Below are positions 19,593 to 27,986 of a DNA stretch of 64,000 bases, piece by piece. The notes beneath the pieces were generated by a model. The model saw only the letters and a list, made by a program, of their open reading frames with translations. It was not told where the DNA came from and made no database searches. The position numbers were made by a program, and so were the translations under genes. The stretch is from contig JBEKIW010000001.1 of the NCBI GenBank assembly GCA_050011565.1, positions 608,001 to 672,000 of the forward strand, given 5' to 3'. Source of the DNA: Dehalococcoidia bacterium (GTDB lineage: Bacteria; Chloroflexota; Dehalococcoidia; GIF9; UBA5629). The first letter of the stretch is position 1. Every line of letters starts with the position of its first letter.

Positions 19593-20516
19593 ATGAGAAG
19601 ATTTAAATTCACTTACTGGTTAACCTGTGTAGCGCTGCTGTCCGCCATGTTTGGCGGATTGTTGCTTCACTCAATAGCTCAAGCGCTACCGGAAACACTT
19701 GCCAAGCCAGCTTCGATAGCACCAAACCAGACATCACCCACTGAGAAAATCACACTCACCTGTCAATATCCATCGATCAGCACCTATGCCGGTTCCTATT
19801 TCTCATATACAGTTGATTTGCAGTACATAGGAGGTAAGGAGCCGCGCGTTTTCGACCTTCAAGCCAAGGTACCGGACGGTTTCACCTCTTCCATTACGCC
19901 AAGCTACGGAAGTAGCTCGCAAATCGCCGCTATCCGTCTAGACCCTTCGAAGACATACCCGGATTCGATTACGGTTACGGCCACACCCTTGTCCTGGCAA
20001 GCGGCACAGCCAGGAGAGTACCCCATAACAGTGGCCGTCAGTTCTGGAGACATCAAAGCCAGCATTAACCTTAAAGCTATAGTAACGGCCAAATATGACC
20101 TGCAACTAAAAACTTCCACCGGATTACTTAATACAAATGCCACATCCGGCGATGATAATTATTTAACTATCTCCGTTATAAATACGGGGACGGCGGACCT
20201 CGAGAAAATTGGATTCAGCTCAAAAACAAGCGCCCCGTCCGGTTGGAGTATCACCTTCGACCCGAAGGAGATTGACATATTGTCGGTAGGTGATACTCGT
20301 GATGTTCAGGTTGACATAAAGCCAGCCAAGAAGTCTATATCCGGAGATTATATGGTTACTATATCGGCTCAGCCACAAGCCAAGAATGCGTTTGGCAGTT
20401 TTGATCTTAGAGTAACTGTGCTAACGCCTACAATTTGGGGTTGGGTAGGTGTCGCCATCGTAGTTCTGGTTATTGCCGGTCTGGCATATATGTTTATGCG
20501 CCTGGGTAGACGCTGA
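19593..20516 (+). CDS. Exported NEW3/Ig-like domain protein with C-terminal membrane anchor
   Basis: Signal peptide, beta-rich body with NTGTADL and APSGW, C-terminal TM plus GRR. Confidence 0.8.
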   Translation: MRRFKFTYWLTCVALLSAMFGGLLLHSIAQALPETLAKPASIAPNQTSPTEKITLTCQYPSISTYAGSYFSYTVDLQYIGGKEPRVFDLQAKVPDGFTSSITPSYGSSSQIAAIRLDPSKTYPDSITVTATPLSWQAAQPGEYPITVAVSSGDIKASINLKAIVTAKYDLQLKTSTGLLNTNATSGDDNYLTISVINTGTADLEKIGFSSKTSAPSGWSITFDPKEIDILSVGDTRDVQVDIKPAKKSISGDYMVTISAQPQAKNAFGSFDLRVTVLTPTIWGWVGVAIVVLVIAGLAYMFMRLGRR

Positions 20517-20521
20517 ATAAA

Positions 20522-21457
20522 ATGAGAAAACAGGCCGTCATAGAAACCAAAGAGCTGGTTAAAACCTACGGCAAATTTATCGCCGTGGATAAATTAAATC
20601 TACGTGTAGATGAGGGCGAGGTTTTCGGCTTTCTTGGGCCCAACGGCGCCGGTAAGACTACTACACTGCTAATGCTTCTAGGACTTACGGAACCAACTTC
20701 GGGCACGGCTAGTATATGCGGTTTTGATTCTACCAGAGAACCCATCGAAGTAAAGCGTATGACAGGCTATCTGCCGGAAAAGGTCGGTTTCTACGATGAT
20801 TTGACCGCCAGTGAGAATCTGGATTATACGGCAGCATTAAACGGCTTGCCACGAGAAGCAGCATCGAAGAAAATTGATGAATTGCTGAATATGGTGGGGC
20901 TGTCTGAAGTGGTCAAGCATAAGGTTGGTACTTTTTCCCATGGCATGAAACAGCGCCTGGGAATTGCCGATGTCATGATTAAAGACCCTAAGGTAGCTTT
21001 GTTCGATGAGCCGACAGCTGGAATAGACCCTGAGGGAATTGAACGGGTCCTTGAGCTCATCGCTAACATGGCCAGACAGAAAGTAACCGTCGTTCTATCT
21101 TCGCACCAGTTACACCAAGTACAGAAAATTTGTACCAGGGTGGGAATACTATCCAAAGGACATCTGGTAGCTGAAGGGTCCGTGGAAGAGCTTGGTCGGG
21201 AGAAAATCGGCGGTGGCAAGCTAAGGATAGAGGTCCAGGTAGTCGAGCCTACAAGCAAGCTTGTGAAATCGATGAAGAGTATCAAGGGTGTGACCAATGT
21301 GGAAAGTTCTGGCGACCTGCTGCTTATTAGCTGCGATAAAGACCTGAGGCGCCAAATAGCGAAAGTGGCGACCGAATGTGACAGCCTCATAGTTCAAATG
21401 AAGATTGAAGAATATGGTCTGGATGAAATCTACATGAAATATTTTCGTGAGTCTTAG
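20522..21457 (+). CDS. ABC transporter ATP-binding protein
   Basis: GPNGAGKTT, FSHGMKQR, FDEP, SSH. Confidence 0.96.
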   Translation: MRKQAVIETKELVKTYGKFIAVDKLNLRVDEGEVFGFLGPNGAGKTTTLLMLLGLTEPTSGTASICGFDSTREPIEVKRMTGYLPEKVGFYDDLTASENLDYTAALNGLPREAASKKIDELLNMVGLSEVVKHKVGTFSHGMKQRLGIADVMIKDPKVALFDEPTAGIDPEGIERVLELIANMARQKVTVVLSSHQLHQVQKICTRVGILSKGHLVAEGSVEELGREKIGGGKLRIEVQVVEPTSKLVKSMKSIKGVTNVESSGDLLLISCDKDLRRQIAKVATECDSLIVQMKIEEYGLDEIYMKYFRES

Positions 21458-21459
21458 CT

Positions 21460-22410
21460 ATGTCCGGATTAGCTGCTGTTTTTTGGAAAGAACTGGCTGA
21501 CCAGTTTAATAGTAAGCGATTTATCATTTTATCTCTGCTGATTTACCTGGCCGGCATAGCTACCATATATGTAGCAGCGCAAAACATTAGGACAGGTATA
21601 ACCGAGAACACTCAATTCATCTTTTTGCGGCTGTTCATCGTCTCCGGCGAAAACTTACCCTTTTCCTTCCCGTTTTTCCTCTCACTGTTCATACCTATAG
21701 TCGGTATAGCTCTGGGCTTTGATGCCATAAACAGCGAGCGAACCAGCGGCAACCTTAGTCGGATTCTGTCACAACCTCTTTACCGGGATTCGGTAGTCAA
21801 TGGAAAATTTCTGGCTGGGCTGGTCACCTTATCTATACTCGTGGCGGGCATAGTCATTCTTGTCGGTGGGATGGGATTGCGCATGATCGGGGTGCCGCCG
21901 ACTGCCGAGGAGATACTCAGGCTTCTTGCCTTCATTTTCGTTAGCATAGTCTACGGCGCTTTTTGGATGGCATTGGCTGTACTATTCTCGGTTTCTTTTA
22001 GGCGGACAGCTACTTCAGCTTTGGCTTCTATAGCCTTGTGGATTTTTGTTTTCCTGTTCGTATCTTTGATTGCCAAAGCTATCGCCGGTGCGGTTATTCC
22101 TATTGACCAAAACTCGAGCTTAGATTTAATAGCCAGGAACGACGAAATTTATCGCACCATAAGTCGCATCTCACCGAGTACTTTGTACGGAGAGACAGTT
22201 CAAGTCTTACTTTTACCGGAGATGGGGAATCCCAGCTCGACGTTAATGTTGCTTAGCATCTACGCCGGTGGTATGACACCGACGCCTCTGCCCTTGGGAC
22301 AAAGCCTGTTACTCGTCTGGCCTCAGTTGACCAGTCTGATTGCATTGACCGCTTTATGCTTTACCGGCTCCTATATCAGGTTTATGCGCGAGGAAATAAG
22401 GGCAACTTAG
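21460..22410 (+). CDS. ABC-2 type permease (NosY/COG1277-like)
   Basis: GFDAINSERTSGNLSRILSQP...GKF, multiple TM helices. Confidence 0.92.
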   Translation: MSGLAAVFWKELADQFNSKRFIILSLLIYLAGIATIYVAAQNIRTGITENTQFIFLRLFIVSGENLPFSFPFFLSLFIPIVGIALGFDAINSERTSGNLSRILSQPLYRDSVVNGKFLAGLVTLSILVAGIVILVGGMGLRMIGVPPTAEEILRLLAFIFVSIVYGAFWMALAVLFSVSFRRTATSALASIALWIFVFLFVSLIAKAIAGAVIPIDQNSSLDLIARNDEIYRTISRISPSTLYGETVQVLLLPEMGNPSSTLMLLSIYAGGMTPTPLPLGQSLLLVWPQLTSLIALTALCFTGSYIRFMREEIRAT

Positions 22411-22467
22411 AGCCATCATGCCAGCCAAAACCGCACTTTGGCTACTCTTCTCTGCAGGAACGCAAAG

Positions 22468-23091
22468 ATGATTTTGAAAACCCTGGTTGTCGGCCCTTTC
22501 GCCAGTAATTGTTACATCGTAGGCTCGGAGTCCAGCAAGCACGGAATAATTATCGACCCGGGTGCCGAAGCCAAGCTGATTCTAAGCACTGTAAATGATT
22601 TGGGCATGACAGTATCTCTTATTTTGGTTACCCACACGCACATCGACCATATTGGCGCATTAGCACCGGTTAAAGAAGGTACTGGAGCCAAGTTCGCCAT
22701 TCATGAGGCTGAAGCAACAGCCGGCCTGGGCATGTTTTCCAGGATGCTATCATCCATGAGCGGAGGTTCTTTTAATCAACCGCCTAAGCCGGACAGGTTA
22801 CTGAAGGATGGGGATACTATAGACATAGATGATTTAAGCTTTACCGTTTTGCACACACCGGGGCATAGCCCGGGAGGTATCAGCCTCTATGGTCATGGAA
22901 TTCTTTTCAGCGGCGATACACTGTTTAACTGCGGTATCGGCAGGACTGATTTTCCCGGCTGCAGCTACGAACAAATAATGGACAGCATCAAGAATAAGCT
23001 TATGACCCTGCCGGATGAGACGATTGTCTATCCCGGCCATGGTCCCGCGACTACCATCGGAAAAGAAAAAAGGGGCAATCCGTTTTTATGA
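22468..23091 (+). CDS. MBL-fold metallo-hydrolase (glyoxalase II-like)
   Basis: THTHIDH, TPGHSPG, SGDTLF, YPGHG; ATG at 22468. Confidence 0.94.
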   Translation: MILKTLVVGPFASNCYIVGSESSKHGIIIDPGAEAKLILSTVNDLGMTVSLILVTHTHIDHIGALAPVKEGTGAKFAIHEAEATAGLGMFSRMLSSMSGGSFNQPPKPDRLLKDGDTIDIDDLSFTVLHTPGHSPGGISLYGHGILFSGDTLFNCGIGRTDFPGCSYEQIMDSIKNKLMTLPDETIVYPGHGPATTIGKEKRGNPFL

Positions 23092-23147
23092 TTGCCCCTT
23101 TTACTCCTTTTTCTATCTTTGTCTATAGTCTTCGCAATCGCTCGTCA

Positions 23148-25280
23148 TCAAATGAACAACGGGCACATCACCAACGTGATAGTGGCGAGCAGTTTAACCA
23201 GGACATGCAATGAAGGCCCCGCTGTATCCTTAAGCGGGTCACCGACGGTGTCACCGACAACAGCCGCAGCATGAGTGAAAGAACCCTTGCCTATTACATT
23301 GCCTTTCTCATCCTTAAGTTGGCCGTCTTCGATCATCTTTTTGGCGTTGTCCCAGGCACCGCCGCCGTTGTTCATGTATGAAGCCAGCATAATGCCTGCG
23401 ATGGTGCCGACCATAAGCAGTGCGGCTACCACCATAGCGGCATCAAAACCTAGCCACTTGAAAAGCAGCCCGACAACTACCGGTGCCAGCACCGGCAAAA
23501 GTCCGGGAGCAATCATCTCCCGTAGTGCGGCACGAGCCGTAATGTCAACTGCAGCGGCATAATCCGGCCGTGAGGTGCCAGCCATAATGCCGGGGTCAGC
23601 TTGGAATTGCCGTCGCACTTCCTGAATAATCTTGGCTGCGGTTTTGCCGACAGCCTTTATTGCCCAGGAGCTAAACAAATATACCAGCATTACTGCCAGT
23701 AGAGCGCCGACAAAGACCTCTATCTTGGCAATGTCCACAACGGCATATTTTCCTTCGACACCAAACTTGAGGAATGAGACTCTGTTCAGATATGCCTGGA
23801 ATAGCAAGAAAGCTGCCAGTCCGGCGGAAACCATGGCATATCCCTTGGTCAACGCCTTGGTAGTATTTCCAACGGCATCTAGACGGTCCGTAATCTTGCG
23901 TACGTCTTTACCGGCGCCAGCCATCTCATTGATACCATTAGCATTATCGGTTATAGGACCGAAGGTATCCATTGATAGCACGTAGGGGCAGGTCATTAAC
24001 ATGCCCATGGTAGCTACTGCGGTGCCGAAAGCACCGGCGCCTGGAACACCGCTAAGGGTGCCCATCCAGTAAGACAACAAAAGTGCCGCACCGATTATTA
24101 CAGCCGTCGCCAGCGTTGTTTCATAACCTACAGCCATGCCAATAACGATATTGGTTGCTGGGCCGGTTTTGGATGCTTCGGCGATTTCCTTCACCGGCTT
24201 GTATCGAGATTCAGTATAGTATTGAGTAACATATATGATGGCGACACTGGTAATAATGCCCACTACGCCGGCACCGAAAAGCCACCAGTTACCCAGCATA
24301 AAATGTACTGTCACGGCCATGCCAATGATTGATAGTGCAATGGCTACAAAGTATCCGCGGTTCAAGGCGTTCATGGCGTTTTCGTTTTCTTTAGCTCGGA
24401 CAATTAACAGTCCTACCATACTAGCAATCAGACCAAAAGCGCGAACGACTAATGGGAAAAGAATCCAGGCGATATTATGAGTGACAACATATGCCACGAC
24501 TCCCAGGATCATAGCACCGATGTTTTCAGCGGCTGTTGATTCAAATAAGTCGGCACCACGGCCGGCACAGTCACCGACGTTGTCACCGACTAAGTCGGCA
24601 ATAACCGCGGCATTGCGGGGGTCATCCTCCGGAATGCCGGCTTCCACTTTGCCCACCAGGTCGGCACCCATGTCAGCCGCTTTGGTATAAATTCCGCCGC
24701 CAAGCTGAGCAAAAAGGGCAACAAAACTGGCGCCAAATCCAAAACCGACAATAAGATGAGGGGCAATCTCAGGCTTACTGCCCCCGCCGAAGGCAAAGAA
24801 AATGGCGGTAACTCCAATTAAGCTAAGCGCCGTAATGAGGAATCCGGAGACAGCTCCACCCCTGAGAGCGACGGTAACCGCTTCAGTTAGACTCTTTTGA
24901 GCTCCGGCAGCGCAGCGAACGTTAGACTTGACCGCAATATACATACCTACAAAACCGGAAACACCGGAACAGAGAGCACCGACCAAAAAGGCAACTGCTG
25001 TTCGCCAGCCTATACCGAAGGGAGTCATTCCTTCGATCCCCCTCTGCCCACCCAGCAACGCTACAAGTACACCAATGACAATCGCCACCACTAGCGCTAA
25101 GATACCGATGGTACTATACTGCCTTTTTAAAAACGCCCAAGCGCCTTCAAAAATCATATCGCCGATTTCTTTCATCTTTGGCGTTCCAGCGTCGCGTCGT
25201 AGCACGTTTCTAGCTAGGAGCGCGGCGAAAATCACCGTTACTAACGCGGCTATCGGAACTATCCAGAAAATACCAGGCAT
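23148..25280 (-). CDS. hppA: Membrane ion-pumping pyrophosphatase, K+-independent H+-PPase type
   Basis: GGIYTKAADMGADLVGKVE, DNVGD, GNTTKA (Lys marks K+ independence), GDTVGDPLKD. Confidence 0.96.
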   Translation of the reverse strand: MPGIFWIVPIAALVTVIFAALLARNVLRRDAGTPKMKEIGDMIFEGAWAFLKRQYSTIGILALVVAIVIGVLVALLGGQRGIEGMTPFGIGWRTAVAFLVGALCSGVSGFVGMYIAVKSNVRCAAGAQKSLTEAVTVALRGGAVSGFLITALSLIGVTAIFFAFGGGSKPEIAPHLIVGFGFGASFVALFAQLGGGIYTKAADMGADLVGKVEAGIPEDDPRNAAVIADLVGDNVGDCAGRGADLFESTAAENIGAMILGVVAYVVTHNIAWILFPLVVRAFGLIASMVGLLIVRAKENENAMNALNRGYFVAIALSIIGMAVTVHFMLGNWWLFGAGVVGIITSVAIIYVTQYYTESRYKPVKEIAEASKTGPATNIVIGMAVGYETTLATAVIIGAALLLSYWMGTLSGVPGAGAFGTAVATMGMLMTCPYVLSMDTFGPITDNANGINEMAGAGKDVRKITDRLDAVGNTTKALTKGYAMVSAGLAAFLLFQAYLNRVSFLKFGVEGKYAVVDIAKIEVFVGALLAVMLVYLFSSWAIKAVGKTAAKIIQEVRRQFQADPGIMAGTSRPDYAAAVDITARAALREMIAPGLLPVLAPVVVGLLFKWLGFDAAMVVAALLMVGTIAGIMLASYMNNGGGAWDNAKKMIEDGQLKDEKGNVIGKGSFTHAAAVVGDTVGDPLKDTAGPSLHVLVKLLATITLVMCPLFI

Positions 25281-25345
25281 TTCACCTCCTTATGATTAAT
25301 ATTTGGTTTGCGCGAGCTGATTTGCGAATAACCACCAGGTTTCAG

Positions 25346-25374
25346 ATTCTATCGTCTTTGGCTGGCAGAGTCAA
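25346..25374 (-). promoter_or_regulatory. Sigma70 promoter of hppA
   Basis: TTGACT-17 nt-TAGAAT. Confidence 0.6.
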
Positions 25375-25453
25375 GGTTATTTGGTGTTAAATATGATTGT
25401 ACTTTGGTACAGACATGTTCACTATAAAAAACATGCGGGACACGATTACCAAG

Positions 25454-26107
25454 TCACCTTTTCTTTTTCGCAGTCCGCTCTAATTTTTCTTCCAACTCCT
25501 GTTGTCTCAGAGCCAGAGTCAAGTCACCGCGGGTCCTCTCCAGAATCCCACGTATGGCGTCACTGGTCCGCCGTAAACCGTAAGTAATACCATCTGGAAA
25601 GTCCATGGTCATGAGGACACTATATATGTCATCCATTGTGCTAAGCAATTCCTCGCATCTGGAGAGGTCGTTCCGCCTTAAGCTGTCCAGGATATAACGC
25701 CGCAGTTCACCTACTGCCTCACCTAATCCGTTTAAGTAAGCCGGGTAGCTAACTCCAAGCGCTTCCGGCTCAGGAAGTGGCTTGCTCGAAACGATGGCCA
25801 GAGTGCAACTTGCTTCAGCCAATTCCTTTTGAGCGTCATGCACGAAGCCGGCGTAAGCCAGGTCATTATTCTTCTTGAGAACATCATCAGCCAGTTCTTT
25901 GAGTAAAGCTTGAGCCGAGGCTAATAGTTGCTCGGCGTTTACTTTTTCCTGACGATGGATAGCACGAATAGTAGTGGCGCTGTAACGTATTATCTCACGG
26001 CTGAGACGCAGTGCCTTTTCTCGTGCTGCATCTTTGGCGGAGAAATAAAGACGGATTTTCTCAGCCAGGGTTTCAAGATTTTTGGTGACTTTTAGCTTCC
26101 TTTTCAA
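25454..26107 (-). CDS. Translin/TRAX-family (C3PO-like) protein
   Basis: D.ARE.AL..SR.IIR, QKELAEA, YLNGLGEAVGELRR, LRRTSD..R..LE. Confidence 0.85.
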   Translation of the reverse strand: MKRKLKVTKNLETLAEKIRLYFSAKDAAREKALRLSREIIRYSATTIRAIHRQEKVNAEQLLASAQALLKELADDVLKKNNDLAYAGFVHDAQKELAEASCTLAIVSSKPLPEPEALGVSYPAYLNGLGEAVGELRRYILDSLRRNDLSRCEELLSTMDDIYSVLMTMDFPDGITYGLRRTSDAIRGILERTRGDLTLALRQQELEEKLERTAKKKR

Positions 26108-27134
26108 TTTCCTTGACCAGTTGGCGTGCTGCCGATTGCATATCTTTTTGATTCAATACAGCACTGATAACCGCTGCGGCATCGGCTCCGGCAGCCATTA
26201 CTTCACCGATATTTTGCCTGCTTATGCCACCTATAGCAACTATGGGGATAGATATAGCCTTCCTGATTTGGCGTAGACGTTCAAGCCCAACCACCGTAGC
26301 TTTCGGTTTGGTCGGAGAAGGGAATATGGAGCCTACGGCCACATAGTCGACTCCTTCAGATTCTGCTTTCCGTGCTAGAGCCATAGTAGATGTGGACAAG
26401 CCAATGACCTTATCGACCGGTAACTCCTTTCGTATCACAGATAGGGGAAGGTCTTCCTGACCGATGTGTATACCATCTGCCTCTGATGCCAGGGCTATAT
26501 CAAGATAGTCATTGACTATGAAAAGGACATTAGAATGGCGACACAAATCAGTCAGCTTCTTAGCTATGGTTAGGAGATCACCTTTGGAGTGCTGCTTATC
26601 ACGTAGCTGAATAACTTTAGCTCCGCCATCTATAGCTTTTCGGGCGGCATCTACCTCACCTCTTAAACCCAGCGTCTGAGTATCAATGATAACGTAAAGC
26701 CCGTGGAGCTGGTCTATTTTCTGCCGGCGTGTCAGCCGGGAGAGGAGCTCCCGCTGCAGCGTGTAAAGATTAAACCGCGCTGTCTCGAAGTCCTTTGAGT
26801 GCAATGCTGAACTTAAGTCTGGAAGCTTACTAAGCTCTTCTACGACCCGTAACGCCTCTTCTACTCTCCTGGCATTAGCGGTGACCAGCGATAACAGGTC
26901 CTGCCGATGGCTGATTTCTGTGTCGATTCCAACGTCAGTCTCTGAGTTCCTCTCAGATATCAGAGCCGGCCCGAATTGGCTCAGGGTCTTGACCAGATGA
27001 TGCCGCATCGCCTTCAATTGACGAGTCAAATCAGCATCATCAAGCAGAAATCGAGCCACATCTTCGAGGAAACGTAGCCCTTCACCGATGCGATTGCAGT
27101 TGGCGTCAATGATACGAAGCGTCTGGCGAGGCAC
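26073..27134 (-). CDS. thiE: Thiamine-phosphate synthase with N-terminal ThiD2-like domain
   Basis: RIIDANCNRIGEGLRFLED N-domain; QLRDK, ND, HIGQED, SPTK, AIGGI. Confidence 0.94.
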   Translation of the reverse strand: MPRQTLRIIDANCNRIGEGLRFLEDVARFLLDDADLTRQLKAMRHHLVKTLSQFGPALISERNSETDVGIDTEISHRQDLLSLVTANARRVEEALRVVEELSKLPDLSSALHSKDFETARFNLYTLQRELLSRLTRRQKIDQLHGLYVIIDTQTLGLRGEVDAARKAIDGGAKVIQLRDKQHSKGDLLTIAKKLTDLCRHSNVLFIVNDYLDIALASEADGIHIGQEDLPLSVIRKELPVDKVIGLSTSTMALARKAESEGVDYVAVGSIFPSPTKPKATVVGLERLRQIRKAISIPIVAIGGISRQNIGEVMAAGADAAAVISAVLNQKDMQSAARQLVKEIEKEAKSHQKS

Positions 27135-27477
27135 TTTGCAGGTCCTTTACCGGTTCGGGTAGTTCACCTTCTCTGGCAGCCTGAATTTTCTGTTGAATTT
27201 CACTGGGCATCTCCATACCCATATCCTGGAACTTATTCTCCGCCCATCTGCCGATATTTCTTGGGTCTTTGTAGTAGTCAGGGCTTTCAAACTTACCCGG
27301 TTCGCCGCTCTCTTCATGTATGGTCTTGAGTGATTTATGATAGGCAAATGTGGTAATAACACGGGCTACTTCAGTACTGCCGCAGATTGAGCACTTGGGC
27401 TCAAAAGAGGAAGCACTCCTTACCAGAAAACTGCTTTTTTTACGGCACGCGGAACAGAAAAACTCATAAACAGGCAT
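27106..27477 (-). CDS. FmdB-family zinc ribbon protein
   Basis: MPVYEFFCSAC...CSICGS. Confidence 0.88.
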   Translation of the reverse strand: MPVYEFFCSACRKKSSFLVRSASSFEPKCSICGSTEVARVITTFAYHKSLKTIHEESGEPGKFESPDYYKDPRNIGRWAENKFQDMGMEMPSEIQQKIQAAREGELPEPVKDLQSASPDASYH

Positions 27478-27488
27478 ATCGTCAAACC

Positions 27489-27857
27489 TTAGTCAGTATC
27501 TTCGGAGACATCGCCGGCGCCTTTACCAATCAGCTCGGAAGGCATTTCACCCTTGTCCATCCTGCCAATCATATCTTCGTATTCCGGGGCGACTTCTTCA
27601 CCCTGGCTCATTCGCCGGTTCCATTCCGCCAAGGCACTGGGGTCGTCAGCCATCATGCCTCGCGTCAACTGCGAGTCGGAAAGGATATCTTCGTAAACAT
27701 CCTTATACGTTTTGCTGCGCACCGAGAAAGTGGAGAGCAGCCGCCGTAAAGTATCATTGCCGCATCGGGGGCAAGAAGGCAAGGCGTCGGAGAAAGTGCG
27801 CGAATATAACACTAGTTTTCGCTGGCACTGTTGGCACCAGTATTCATAGAGGGGCAT
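27489..27857 (-). CDS. FmdB-family zinc ribbon protein
   Basis: MPLYEYWCQQC...CPRCG; AGGAG SD before ATG 27857. Confidence 0.88.
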   Translation of the reverse strand: MPLYEYWCQQCQRKLVLYSRTFSDALPSCPRCGNDTLRRLLSTFSVRSKTYKDVYEDILSDSQLTRGMMADDPSALAEWNRRMSQGEEVAPEYEDMIGRMDKGEMPSELIGKGAGDVSEDTD

Positions 27858-27939
27858 TAATTTTCTCCTGATGTGCTGGAATTTTAGCACAATTGAGCAA
27901 AACTTAGAAACAAAAGCAGCATAATCACTGGAAGACGCA

Positions 27940-27968
27940 TTGACACTGAAGCGCCACTTCATTAAAAT
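27940..27968 (+). promoter_or_regulatory. Sigma70 promoter of the alaS operon
   Basis: TTGACA-17 nt-TAAAAT. Confidence 0.7.
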
Positions 27969-27986
27969 CCACACAGGTGAGAAATA

